Under the pieces are notes generated by a model. It worked only from the letters and a program-made list of their open reading frames with translations, was not told the DNA's origin and made no database searches. From SAR202 cluster bacterium bin22 (GTDB lineage Bacteria; Chloroflexota; Dehalococcoidia; Lucifugimonadales; UBA3495), in the NCBI GenBank assembly GCA_002238505.1, contig MPMM01000001.1:1037811-1101810 (forward strand): a DNA stretch of 64,000 bases, given 5' to 3'. The translations under genes were made by a program, and so were the position numbers. Below, piece after piece: positions 19,236 to 28,847 of this stretch (its first letter is position 1; every line of letters begins with the position of its first letter).

Positions 19236-22200
19236 ATGCATAATTCAGACCGTATAAATCAACTGAAATCGTTGCTTGGGCATCGAATTCTGGTGGTTGA
19301 CGGGGCGATGGGAACCTCCATTCAGGCCAGAGATTTGGGACCTGAAGACTTCGGCGGAGTCGATTACGAAGGCTGCAATGAATACCTGGTCCTGACCCGA
19401 CCCGACGTAATCGCCGATATCCACGAGGACTTCCTGGATGCCGGAGCAGACATCCTGGAAACCAATACTTTTGGGGCCACGTCGGTGGTGCTGGCCGAGT
19501 ACGACCTTGCCCACGAAGCCCGAAAGATAAACCTGGTGGCAGCCGAACTGGCAAGAAAGGTTGCTGACCAGTTGTCCACACCGAAGAGACCGCGATTTGT
19601 CGCCGGCTCCATGGGCCCTACCACCAAGACCATTTCGGTGACGGGAGGCATCACCTTCGACGAACTGTCCGAGGCTTACTGCGAACAGGCCCTCGGTCTG
19701 GTGGAAGGAGGAGCTGATCTCCTCCTGCTGGAGACCTCGCAGGATACCATCAATGTTAAGGCAGGACTCATCGGCATCGACCAGGCCTTTGCCGAGCTGG
19801 GCTACGAAATTCCGGTGGCCGTCCAGGGAACCATTGAACCAATGGGCACACTGCTGGCCGGGCAAGATGCCGAAGCCTTCTACACATCGCTGGCTCACCG
19901 GGATCTACTGTGGATTGGCTTCAACTGCGCCACTGGCCCAGACTTTATGACTGACCACATACGCACCCTGTCCGGGCTGTCCCGCTTTCCCGTGGCCTGC
20001 CTGCCCAACGCCGGGCTTCCCGACGAGGACGGCAAGTACAACGAGACCCCCGAAATGCTATCCGCTGCGATAGGCCGCTTCATCCAGTCCGGATGGCTTA
20101 ACGTGATAGGAGGCTGCTGCGGCACCGTCCCTGACCACATCCGCCTCCTGGCGGAGAGGGCTGACGGCGCCTCTCCTCGAACCCCGGTACAACTCTCGGA
20201 GAGCCGGGTTTCGGGAATTGAAGCGTTGGTGGTGGACGAGGATACTCGACCCGCCATAGTGGGCGAACGCACCAACGTGCTGGGCAGTCGCCGCTTCCGC
20301 CGCCTCATCAGCCAGGGCAAGTTTGAAGAAGCAGCGGAAGTTGGTCGCCGCCAGGTCCGCAACGGCGCCCACGTCCTCGACGTTTGTCTCCAGGACCCGG
20401 ACCGGGACGAAATGGCCGACGTTATTGAGTTCCTTGAACTGGTAACAAAGAAGGTCAAGAGTCCTATAATGATTGACTCAACTGACGCCGCCGTTATCAA
20501 AGAATCCCTCAAGCGACTGCAGGGGAAGTCCATCATTAATTCGGTCAACCTGGAGGATGGCGAAGCCCGTTTTCAGGCCGTAGCTCCTCTGGCCCGGGCT
20601 TATGGGTCCGCCCTGGTGGTTGGCTGCATCGATGACGACAAGCTGCAGGCCCAGGCCATCACCCGAGAGCGAAAGCTGGAAATCGCCCTTCGCTCCCACC
20701 AGTTGCTTACCGGAAAGTACGGCATCCCCGAGGAAGACCTGATCTTCGATCCCCTGGTATTCCCGGCCGGAACCGGCGACGAGAATTACGTTGGGTCTGC
20801 CGCTGAGACTATCGAGGGCGTTCGCCTGATCAAGGAGGCCCTGCCCAACACGAAGACTGTGCTGGGAATTTCCAATGTCTCATTTGGATTACCCCCTGCC
20901 GGGCGGGAAGTTTTTAACTCGGTTTTCCTCTACCACTGTGTCCAGGCCGGGCTCGATATGGCCATAGTTAACTCCGAAATGATGCAGAGGTACACTTCAA
21001 TCCCTGAAGAGGAACGAATTCTTTCCGAAGACCTCATCTGGAATCGGGGCGACGATCCGGTGGCTGCCTTTGCCGCTCACTTCCGCGACAAGGCGCCCAA
21101 GTCCACTACCGAGGAAAGGCGCAACCTGCCCCTGGACGAACGCCTGGCGCTGGCCATTATTGAAGGCACCAAGGAAGGCCTGGCAGAAGACCTGACCGAA
21201 GCCCTCCAGGGAAGAGCGCCGCTGGAAGTGATTAACGGTCCCCTGATGGCCGGTATGGATGAGGTAGGACGCCAGTTTAACGCCAATCAGTTGATAGTAG
21301 CCGAGGTGCTTCAGTCGGCCGAGGCAATGAAGTTCGCCGTGGCCCACCTGGAACCCCACATGGAACGAACCGACTCTGCCAGCAAGGGCAAGGTCATCCT
21401 GGCCACCGTAAAGGGTGACGTCCACGACATTGGCAAGAATCTGGTGGACATTATTCTGTCAAACAATGGGTACCAGGTCATAAATCTTGGTATCAAGGTG
21501 CCACCCCAGGACCTGATTGACGCCTGCCACCAGCACAACCCGGACATCGTGGGCCTCTCTGGCCTGCTGGTGAAATCTGCCCAGATGATGGTGGAGACAG
21601 TTCGAGACTTCCGCCAGGCGGGCGTGGAACCTCCCATCCTGGTGGGCGGGGCGGCCCTGTCCAACCGGTTCACCCGGCTGCGCATCGCGCCGGAATACGC
21701 TGGTCTGGTGGCCTACGCCCAGGATGCCATGAGCGGTCTGGCCCTGGCCAACACAATACAGGACGCCGACGAACGGCAGAAGCTGGTGTCGGAAATCGAG
21801 GCTGAGACCGATGAACTGCTGAGCGCCGCACAGACGCGCGAACGGTCCGAAGGTGCCGGGGGCGCCGCCGACGTGGCTCCGGCCCAGGTCAGCCACACTG
21901 ACAATATCCCTAACCCGCCCGACCTAAGGCTGCACGTCATCAGCGACTATGACCTTTCAGAAATCTTTCCCTACATAAATCCCCAGATGCTCTACGTGCG
22001 GCACCTGGGCTACAAGGGACGCTTTGCCGAAGCGCTGGAGCGGGAAGAATCCGACGCCCTGGAGCTACGCGACCAGGTTCGGAAAGTGGAAGATATTATG
22101 CTGGCCCATCCTGGAATCCGCGCCAGTGCCGTGTTCAAGTTCTTCCCCTGTCATTCCGACGGACAGACCCTGCAGATATACGCGCCGGACGGGGAAACGG

Positions 22201-22751
22201 TCCTGGAGAGCTTCTATTTTGGTCGCCAGTCTCAGCGCGAGGGGTTGTGCTTGTCCGATTACGCCCGTCCCGCCGGATCAGGTCCGCCCGACTACGTCGC
22301 CATGTTCACGACAACTGTGGGACCGGCGGTGCGCGCCCTGTCCGACGAAATGCGGGAAAACGGCGAATTCCTTAACTCTCATATCCTGCAGGTTCTGGCC
22401 TTGGAGTCAGCAGAGGCCTTTGCGGAACTGCTGCATAAGCAGATACGCCAGATGTGGGGCATTGGAGACCCTGCTGGCCTCACATTCCAGGATTTGTTCC
22501 GCACCCAATACCATGGACGCCGCTTTTCCTTTGGTTATCCGGCCTGCCCTAGGTTGGAAGACCAGGAACAACTTTTCCGCCTGCTGGACGTGACGTCAAA
22601 TATCGGAGTGGAACTGACGGAAGGTTTCATGATGGATCCGGAGGGATCAGTTTCCGCCCTGGTTTTCCACCATCCGGAGGCCAGGTATTTCAACCTGAGC
22701 GAACAGGACATTGACCGGCTGGAAGCGGAAGTTGAGGCCAAAGGCTTATAA
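19236..22751 (+). CDS. metH: Cobalamin-dependent methionine synthase
   Basis: 1171 aa with all four modules: Hcy-binding (RILVVDGAMGT, GGCCGT), pterin-binding, B12-binding (GDVHDIGKN, LSGLL) and the AdoMet activation domain (RFSFGYPACP). Confidence 0.97.
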   Translation: MHNSDRINQLKSLLGHRILVVDGAMGTSIQARDLGPEDFGGVDYEGCNEYLVLTRPDVIADIHEDFLDAGADILETNTFGATSVVLAEYDLAHEARKINLVAAELARKVADQLSTPKRPRFVAGSMGPTTKTISVTGGITFDELSEAYCEQALGLVEGGADLLLLETSQDTINVKAGLIGIDQAFAELGYEIPVAVQGTIEPMGTLLAGQDAEAFYTSLAHRDLLWIGFNCATGPDFMTDHIRTLSGLSRFPVACLPNAGLPDEDGKYNETPEMLSAAIGRFIQSGWLNVIGGCCGTVPDHIRLLAERADGASPRTPVQLSESRVSGIEALVVDEDTRPAIVGERTNVLGSRRFRRLISQGKFEEAAEVGRRQVRNGAHVLDVCLQDPDRDEMADVIEFLELVTKKVKSPIMIDSTDAAVIKESLKRLQGKSIINSVNLEDGEARFQAVAPLARAYGSALVVGCIDDDKLQAQAITRERKLEIALRSHQLLTGKYGIPEEDLIFDPLVFPAGTGDENYVGSAAETIEGVRLIKEALPNTKTVLGISNVSFGLPPAGREVFNSVFLYHCVQAGLDMAIVNSEMMQRYTSIPEEERILSEDLIWNRGDDPVAAFAAHFRDKAPKSTTEERRNLPLDERLALAIIEGTKEGLAEDLTEALQGRAPLEVINGPLMAGMDEVGRQFNANQLIVAEVLQSAEAMKFAVAHLEPHMERTDSASKGKVILATVKGDVHDIGKNLVDIILSNNGYQVINLGIKVPPQDLIDACHQHNPDIVGLSGLLVKSAQMMVETVRDFRQAGVEPPILVGGAALSNRFTRLRIAPEYAGLVAYAQDAMSGLALANTIQDADERQKLVSEIEAETDELLSAAQTRERSEGAGGAADVAPAQVSHTDNIPNPPDLRLHVISDYDLSEIFPYINPQMLYVRHLGYKGRFAEALEREESDALELRDQVRKVEDIMLAHPGIRASAVFKFFPCHSDGQTLQIYAPDGETVLESFYFGRQSQREGLCLSDYARPAGSGPPDYVAMFTTTVGPAVRALSDEMRENGEFLNSHILQVLALESAEAFAELLHKQIRQMWGIGDPAGLTFQDLFRTQYHGRRFSFGYPACPRLEDQEQLFRLLDVTSNIGVELTEGFMMDPEGSVSALVFHHPEARYFNLSEQDIDRLEAEVEAKGL

Positions 22752-22789
22752 TAGTAAGCAGGTAACCCGAATGGTTCGACAAGTGCAAC

Positions 22790-22820
22790 GGCCCCGGGTA
22801 AATCCGGGGCCCTTTTCTTT
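22790..22820 (+). terminator. Intrinsic terminator after metH
   Basis: GGCCCCGG-GTAAAT-CCGGGGCC followed by CTTTTCTTTG. Confidence 0.7.
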
Positions 22821-22854
22821 GAAACCAATAATGCGACGATAGCAAGGAGAGACC

Positions 22855-24483
22855 ATGCTCCCCATAACTCAGGTTGCAGAACAGTTGGGCATAGCCAGCG
22901 AACACCTCATACCCTTCGGCCACCACAAGGCCAAGATCTCCCTGGACTCCCTCAACGGGAGGGAAGGCCAACAGGGGAAACTGGTAGTCGTGACGGGCAT
23001 TACGCCGACGCCAGCGGGTGAGGGCAAGACCACTACATCGGTGGGCCTGACCCAGGGAATGGGCAAACTGGGCCGCAAAGCGGTGGTCACGCTGAGGGAA
23101 CCCACCCTTGGACCCATCTTCGGCATCAAGGGCGGGGGCACCGGCGGTGGAAAGGCCCGAGTAATTCCCGAGGATGAAATCAACATTCACTTCACCGGCG
23201 ATGCGCATGCGGTGGCGTCTGCCCACAACCTGCTGGCGGCGCTGGTGGACAACGCAGTGTTCCGGGGTCAGATTCCGGGTTTTCAACCAACCGGCATACA
23301 GTGGTCCCGGGTTACGGATGCTTCAGACCGCTCCTTGCGGAACATAATTGCCGGTGTGGGCGGAAGCAACAACAGCCCCCTGCGCGAGACCCGATTCGAC
23401 ATAGTGTCGGCATCTGAAATCATGGCGATACTGGCCCTGGCCGCAGACCCTGGCGATCTCCGAGCCCGCTTGTCCAGGATTGTTGTAGGCTTTACCGACT
23501 CAGGCGAGCCCGTTTCCGTGGGAGACCTGGGAGTTGTCGGCGCGCTGATGACCCTGCTCCGCCACACGACCATGCCCAACATGGTCCAAACCCTGGAAGG
23601 CCAGCCTTCACTGATTCACGCCGGACCTTTCGGAAACATCGCGCACGGCTGCAGTTCCATCATAGGCGACAAGGTAGCGCTGGCTTACTCCGACTACGTA
23701 ATCACTGAGGCCGGCTTTGGCTCAGACCTGGGTTTCGAAAAATTCATGCACATCAAGACCAGGCAGAGCGGCCTGCAGCCCAACTCCGCAGTGCTGGTAG
23801 CCTCGGTAAGGGCCCTGAAGTGGCACGGTGGAGCTAACCGACGTGACCTGGCTACTCCTAACCCTGAGGCAGTGACCGCCGGCGGGCCCAATCTGGCCCA
23901 CCACATTGGCATCGTAAAGGGCTTCGGGCTGCCCTGTGTGGTGGCTATCAATCGCTTCGGTACTGACAGCCCCGAAGAGCTGGAAGCCGTCAGAGCCATC
24001 GCCATGGACGCGGGAGCCGACGCGGCGGTGGAGGCCGACGGCTTTGCCCAGGGCGGTGACGGGATGACCGACCTGGCCGATGCGGTGGTAAGAGCCTCGG
24101 AAGGGCAACCCGACGTGACCTACGCTTATCAGCTGGACGCGCCGGTTGAGGAAAAGGTACTTTCCCTGGCCCGCCAGGTCTACCACGCGGACAATGTCAG
24201 CTGGAGCGTTGAAGCGCGTCGGAGTCTTCGGCGGTTTGAGGCGCAGGGCTGGGGAAACCTGCCCATTTGCATGGCCAAGACCCACCTTTCCACATCACAC
24301 GATCCCACACTGCGGGGGAGTCCTTCCGGGTATGCATTCCCCATCGCCGACATTCGGGCCTCGGTAGGCGCCGGGTTCCTCTACGCGCTGGCCGGCCGCA
24401 TTGAGACCCTTCCCGGTCTTCCCACCCGTCCACTTGCCATGGAAATGGATGTGAATGCCGATGGCGAAGTTGTTGGACTTTAA
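22855..24483 (+). CDS. fhs: Formate-tetrahydrofolate ligase
   Basis: 542 aa with GITPTPAGEGKTTTSVGL, EPTLGPIFGIKGGGTGGG and a C-terminal ...MAKTHLSTSHDP. Confidence 0.97.
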   Translation: MLPITQVAEQLGIASEHLIPFGHHKAKISLDSLNGREGQQGKLVVVTGITPTPAGEGKTTTSVGLTQGMGKLGRKAVVTLREPTLGPIFGIKGGGTGGGKARVIPEDEINIHFTGDAHAVASAHNLLAALVDNAVFRGQIPGFQPTGIQWSRVTDASDRSLRNIIAGVGGSNNSPLRETRFDIVSASEIMAILALAADPGDLRARLSRIVVGFTDSGEPVSVGDLGVVGALMTLLRHTTMPNMVQTLEGQPSLIHAGPFGNIAHGCSSIIGDKVALAYSDYVITEAGFGSDLGFEKFMHIKTRQSGLQPNSAVLVASVRALKWHGGANRRDLATPNPEAVTAGGPNLAHHIGIVKGFGLPCVVAINRFGTDSPEELEAVRAIAMDAGADAAVEADGFAQGGDGMTDLADAVVRASEGQPDVTYAYQLDAPVEEKVLSLARQVYHADNVSWSVEARRSLRRFEAQGWGNLPICMAKTHLSTSHDPTLRGSPSGYAFPIADIRASVGAGFLYALAGRIETLPGLPTRPLAMEMDVNADGEVVGL

Positions 24484-24519
24484 TTTACCTCGCCATTCCG
24501 GCAAAGAATACGCTGACTC

Positions 24520-24550
24520 AGCCCCGGAGCGGTCCGCTCCGGGGCTTTCT
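24520..24550 (+). terminator. Hairpin terminator after fhs
   Basis: AGCCCCGGAGCG-GTC-CGCTCCGGGGCT followed by a short TTTCT tract. Confidence 0.5.
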
Positions 24551-24579
24551 AGTCCATTGACTGCCCTAGCGGTGTGGAC

Positions 24580-24608
24580 TTGACATGGGGTAAGTCTCCA
24601 ATTAATAT
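24580..24608 (+). promoter_or_regulatory. Near-consensus sigma-70 promoter of the RHH/GIY-YIG cassette
   Basis: TTGACA-N17-TAATAT. An imperfect inverted repeat TGGACTT / AAGTCTCCA (24575-24600) brackets the -35 box and spacer and is a possible operator. Confidence 0.65.
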
Positions 24609-24650
24609 TACGTGTAAGTAGTAATTATTATTGAAACTTGGAGGAAGGTA

Positions 24651-25049
24651 ATGCAGGAAGAAGAGAAAAGCCGCCGGGAAAGAGTAATACGTGAGGTGAG
24701 CCGAACGGTGGCCGATGCCGTAGTCCGAGGCACTGACGAAGCGGTGTTCGTGGCAGAAAACATTAAGGAAACCATCAAGAGCAAGACATCCGGGGACCGC
24801 ACCACCAGGGACAACGTGGTCATGGTGAGGGTGGACAAAGAAAGTCTGGACAAGATGGATGAACTGGTTGAGGCAGAGATTGCCGGCAGTCGTTCGGAGG
24901 CTGCTGCTTACCTGATAACCGAAGGTATTCGGTCTCGCGAACCCCTCTTTGACGCCATATCAGCCAAGGTCGCTGAAATCAGGAAGGCCAAGGAAGAGTT
25001 GCGGCAGTTGGTGGAGAGTCGGGAGAGGGGAGAAGCTGCCGGCGAGTAG
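24651..25049 (+). CDS. Ribbon-helix-helix (CopG/MetJ-like) DNA-binding protein
   Basis: 132 aa with a GGAGGA RBS. VVMVRVDKESLDKMDELVEAEIAGSRSEAAAYLITEGI fits the beta-strand/helix/helix RHH pattern. Both termini are charged and coil-like. Confidence 0.65.
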   Translation: MQEEEKSRRERVIREVSRTVADAVVRGTDEAVFVAENIKETIKSKTSGDRTTRDNVVMVRVDKESLDKMDELVEAEIAGSRSEAAAYLITEGIRSREPLFDAISAKVAEIRKAKEELRQLVESRERGEAAGE

Positions 25050-25144
25050 AAATACACGGTGAACCGTGCCTAAGGCCCTCTCCAGGCGATAGAACGGTTC
25101 GAGAAGTGGTACGGAAACACCGGGACATCTGGAGGAGGACGACA

Positions 25145-25588
25145 ATGGCAAGGGGATTCGGAACCGGTGGTTATGGTGGCCGCGGAAGCAGTTCTATAGG
25201 CGGTAACGGGGCGAAAGGCAACTCCAAAGGTAGTGGTTCCTCTTGGACAGGAAGCAGGTCAGCCGGCAGTCGATCCACGGGAACCGCGGGCAAACCCAAA
25301 GGGCAAGTCAGGGATGGCAAGGCTGTCCAATACTCCATCAGAGACTCTAAGGGAAACACCAAATACATTGGCACCACCAACAACCCAGCGAGGAGAGCCG
25401 GAGAACACAGGGAAAGCGGCAAGCTGAAAGGCAAGGACAAGCTAGTGGTCGAGACCAGGGCAATTGACCGGAGCAAGGCCGAGAGAGTCGAAGCAGCCAA
25501 ACTGCGGTCCCATCGTCAAAGCCAGGGAGGCAACCCCCGGCACAACGTTACCAGCGACGGCAAGTTCCACCAACCACCGCTGTTCTGA
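25145..25588 (+). CDS. Gly/Ser/Arg-rich N-terminal tail fused to a minimal GIY-YIG-like nuclease domain
   Basis: ATG at 25145 preceded by GGAGGAGGA. About 55 aa of low complexity (GFGTGGYGGRGSSSIGGNGAKGNSKGSGSS...), then VQYSIRDSKGNTKYIGTTNNPARRAGEH, which matches GIY-(10)-YIG-T-N-(3)-R-(3)-H, with a later E (AERVEAAKL) and N (GGNPRHN). Confidence 0.55.
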   Translation: MARGFGTGGYGGRGSSSIGGNGAKGNSKGSGSSWTGSRSAGSRSTGTAGKPKGQVRDGKAVQYSIRDSKGNTKYIGTTNNPARRAGEHRESGKLKGKDKLVVETRAIDRSKAERVEAAKLRSHRQSQGGNPRHNVTSDGKFHQPPLF

Positions 25589-25783
25589 ATTCCAACTGCC
25601 CTGGCATTGTTAGCACATGGAAGCATTGGCACTGTGCAGTAACATTGTTGCAGGTATTGACCAATTGATGCACAATTTTCGTAGCAAACACGTTTCAATT
25701 CCGCAAGCCGGGTGCTACAATTACTGGCAATTTCATCAATCAAAGAATGATGCCCACGTCCTGAACCGGGGCAAGGAAGTTTA

Positions 25784-26455
25784 ATGCGCGTTGTTATGAT
25801 TCATGCCCTGGCGGAGTCGGTGTCGCCCGTCAAGGTGGCTTTTGGCGAGGTCTTTCCCGAGGCGGAGCTGATCAACCTGCTGGATGAGGCCCTCTTCGTT
25901 GACTTTAAGGGCCAGATTACCCCCCAGTTGCGGCGCCGGATGAGTCAGCTTATCTGCTACTGCGAAGAGTACGGGGCGGACGCCATCGGCCTGGCGTGCT
26001 CGGTTTACGCCCCGGTGGTGGAAACGGCTAAAGACCTGGTGGAGGTTCCGGTGGTCTCGTCCTACAGCCCTGTTATGGAAGAGGCAGTAAAGGCTGGCAA
26101 GAGGATCGGGATTGTTGCGTCCGTGGGAGCTACGCTGAGGGATTCGGACTACTACCTGCAGCTCACGGCGGAAGGCCAGGGGCGCTCCATCGAGACCGAA
26201 CTCTGCTTTGCCGAGGAGTTGATTCCCCTGCACCGCACCCAGGGAGAGGAAGCATTCAACCAGCGGCTGGAAGAACTGGTCCTGGACCTCTCCGAACGAG
26301 TGGACGCTGTCCTGCTGGGCCAGTTCTCCATGGCATCTGCGCTGAACAGGCTTCAGGAAGTCTGCCCAGTGCCTGTCCTGTCGGGCCCACACAGCAGCGC
26401 AAACAAGCTAAAGGAACTGCTGTCCGTTCCTGTCTGGCCCGGCCTGAACGACTGA
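25784..26455 (+). CDS. Asp/Glu/hydantoin racemase superfamily protein
   Basis: 223 aa with a two-lobed pattern: GADAIGLACSVYAP and GKRIGIVASVGATL ... AVLLGQFSMA. Confidence 0.6.
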   Translation: MRVVMIHALAESVSPVKVAFGEVFPEAELINLLDEALFVDFKGQITPQLRRRMSQLICYCEEYGADAIGLACSVYAPVVETAKDLVEVPVVSSYSPVMEEAVKAGKRIGIVASVGATLRDSDYYLQLTAEGQGRSIETELCFAEELIPLHRTQGEEAFNQRLEELVLDLSERVDAVLLGQFSMASALNRLQEVCPVPVLSGPHSSANKLKELLSVPVWPGLND

Positions 26456-26524
26456 AGAAACAAGAAGGGTCCGGCATTTCTGGGACAGCCGGACCCTTCA
26501 AGGCCTTATACCATTTCCTCGAGG

Positions 26525-27628
26525 CTAGTTATGACAGCCCCGGGCCTGAATGTCCCAGACCGTTTCAACTACCCCGTTCCTGATCCCCACAAACCTGTCC
26601 CAACGGCTTACCATGGCATCCTGCTGGCCTGGAATGAGCGTAAGCTGGTCTCCGACCTCCAGGGTAAGACCATCGGCGACCTGGAAGATGGTGCGGTCGG
26701 TATCCATTTCCACAGCTTCTACGCCGGGGCGGCCTTCGACTCGGGGCAGACCTTTCAGGCCTCCCACCGCGCGGGCGCCAGCATCACCAACGGCAACGCC
26801 GGGTTTGGGCGTACTGATGATAGTGGTTAACACCTTGCCGGCAAACTGGAAGTCCGGCATGTAGTCGTAGCCGGTTTCCATCACCAGGTAGCTTCCTCCC
26901 TGTATTTCCGTAACCTCGGGCATCTCGCCCGCTACGTCGTAGCTCCAGGTCTCGCCCGTGGAAATTATTTCCACCGGCAGCCCGGCGGCGAGAACCGCCT
27001 CTCGGAGGTCCAGAACTGGTTGAATCAGCCGGTGGGCCTCGGTTACCCTGTCTTCCCGGTCAGAGGAGGGCTCCGACATCATTTGGTGGCTCATTACCCC
27101 TTTGAACGAAAGCCCCGGGAGGGCGTCAATCAACCTGGCCAGGGCCACGCCGGGTTCCACTTCCTGGACACCACACCGGACCAGACCCGTCTCCTGTTCA
27201 ATGACAAGCCCAACGTTCACGCCCAGCCTGGTCGCGGCGCTGGATATATCTCGGGCATTGTCTTCGGTATCGCAGGCCACCAGGATTTCAGCTTCCCGAG
27301 CCAGGTTGCAGAGCCGTTCGATCTTGGCGGGATCCACTACCTCGCTGGTTACAAAAACACTGGGCACGCCCCCGTGGACCATAACCTCGGCCTCTGCCAC
27401 CTTGGCGGCGCACACACCTCCGACGGTGCCGCCCCGTCGGATTTGCCGCATTGCGATAGCCGGGGTCTTATGGTTCTTGCTGTGGCCCCTCAGCTTGCTG
27501 TGGCGACCTTCGTAGAAGCCGGCCATCACGTCCATATTATGGTCTAGGGCGTCCATGTCCAGGACCAGGCAAGGTGTATCCAGGTCTTCTACCGGGGTTC
27601 CCGGCTTGGGGCGATAAAGGTCGTGCAT
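26525..27628 (-). CDS. D-serine dehydratase / D-threonine aldolase-like PLP enzyme (alanine-racemase N-terminal fold)
   Basis: 367 aa with LDTPCLVLDMDALDHNM and LRGHSKNHKTPAIA (H-x-K-x-H-K PLP-lysine motif). GGAGGAG RBS. Confidence 0.8.
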   Translation of the reverse strand: MHDLYRPKPGTPVEDLDTPCLVLDMDALDHNMDVMAGFYEGRHSKLRGHSKNHKTPAIAMRQIRRGGTVGGVCAAKVAEAEVMVHGGVPSVFVTSEVVDPAKIERLCNLAREAEILVACDTEDNARDISSAATRLGVNVGLVIEQETGLVRCGVQEVEPGVALARLIDALPGLSFKGVMSHQMMSEPSSDREDRVTEAHRLIQPVLDLREAVLAAGLPVEIISTGETWSYDVAGEMPEVTEIQGGSYLVMETGYDYMPDFQFAGKVLTTIISTPKPGVAVGDAGARAVGGLKGLPRVEGRPGVEAVEMDTDRTIFQVADGLTLEVGDQLTLIPGQQDAMVSRWDRFVGIRNGVVETVWDIQARGCHN

Positions 27629-27686
27629 TTCAGCTCCTCCAGGGATTGGCTGGTCTTATCGTGAATTCCGGCAAGCGGGACTCTGG

Positions 27687-28847
27687 TCACTCAAGTCTGC
27701 CCCTGGCAGAAATGGGCCAGTAGCCCACCAGCCTGCCGTCTCTTACGGCGCGAAAGTAATCAAACTGGTTGACGCAGAGGGAAAGGCTGTAGGGGACGAG
27801 CCAAACCTTGTCATTGGGACTAAATTCCCCGGTGGCTTCCCCCTCCAATTCCAGAATGCCGTGTTCAGCGCTGAAGCGGGTGGCCACGGCGCCGGGAACA
27901 TCTTCCAGGACCGCCACTCCAAAGTCCGGGCCTGTCGTCTTGTGCCCAGCATCGACTACCGCGCGCTCGGGCACGGGGTGACTGATAACCGTGGCCAAGA
28001 CTTTGGCAGCGGGCTGCAACTCAGGGCGAAACCGGGACATCTGCGCATCCATCAACGGATAAACACCGGCCATCACCTCGGTGACGCCCGGGATTCGGGC
28101 CGCGACATCATAGTTATAGGTGCTGCCCGCGCTCACCAGCGTTATTTCAATCCCGGCATTGTCAATCTGTTCCCTGGCTGCATTAACAACCTGAAGGCGT
28201 CGCAGGGACTCTTCCTCGAGCTGGGGCTGACTGGTGGACGAATACGGGCCCTCGTAGGTCATAAGACCCATTAGCGCCAGGCCGGGGGCTTCCTCCACTG
28301 CCTGAGCCAGCGTCAAAGCCTCGTCGCTGCTACCCACACCACCGTGGCCGTAGCCTGCATCGATGTCGACCACTATTCCCAGGATCGCATCTTCGGCAAC
28401 CGCAGCCTCAGACAGGTCCTGCACGTTCCGCAGGTTATCAACGGCCAGAAACACCCAGTTATCCCGGGCAAGGGCCAACAGGCGGCGAATCTTGGGTCTG
28501 GTTACCACCCGTCCGGTAATCAGGATGTCGTTGAAACCCGCCGATGCGAATGCCTCCGCTTCACCGAGGGAAGCAACTGAAATACCGCCGGTGCAACTGG
28601 GAGCCATATCGATCAGACCCTCATCGGCCGAGACCTGGCGGAGGGCAATCTCCGGACAGCCATGGCAGGATACGTGGGGCCTGACGCAGGCATCGGTTTC
28701 CTGGGTTTCCCCGTCGGGCAGCAATTGGCGGAAGGAGTCATGCAGGGTGTCTATGTTGGCTTCCATGACGTCCAGGTCAACTACCAGGGCCGGCGTATCC
28801 AAACCTTCCACCGGTGTACCAACGGGCTGAAAAATTGGTCGCTCCAT
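27687..28847 (-). CDS. Paralog of the D-serine-dehydratase-like enzyme lacking the motif lysines
   Basis: 386 aa with LDTPALVVDLDVMEANI. The equivalent motif reads VRPHVSCHGCPEIA (K to S and K to G). There is also a ~20-aa insertion before the motif. Confidence 0.75.
   Translation of the reverse strand: MERPIFQPVGTPVEGLDTPALVVDLDVMEANIDTLHDSFRQLLPDGETQETDACVRPHVSCHGCPEIALRQVSADEGLIDMAPSCTGGISVASLGEAEAFASAGFNDILITGRVVTRPKIRRLLALARDNWVFLAVDNLRNVQDLSEAAVAEDAILGIVVDIDAGYGHGGVGSSDEALTLAQAVEEAPGLALMGLMTYEGPYSSTSQPQLEEESLRRLQVVNAAREQIDNAGIEITLVSAGSTYNYDVAARIPGVTEVMAGVYPLMDAQMSRFRPELQPAAKVLATVISHPVPERAVVDAGHKTTGPDFGVAVLEDVPGAVATRFSAEHGILELEGEATGEFSPNDKVWLVPYSLSLCVNQFDYFRAVRDGRLVGYWPISARGRLE

Noticed and set aside
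25516-25743. 75-aa Cys-rich minus-strand ORF downstream of the GIY-YIG gene
   Set aside because: It overlaps the 3-prime end of the GIY-YIG gene, and has no RBS and no recognisable motif. I kept only a note that this AT-richer flank is uncharacterised.
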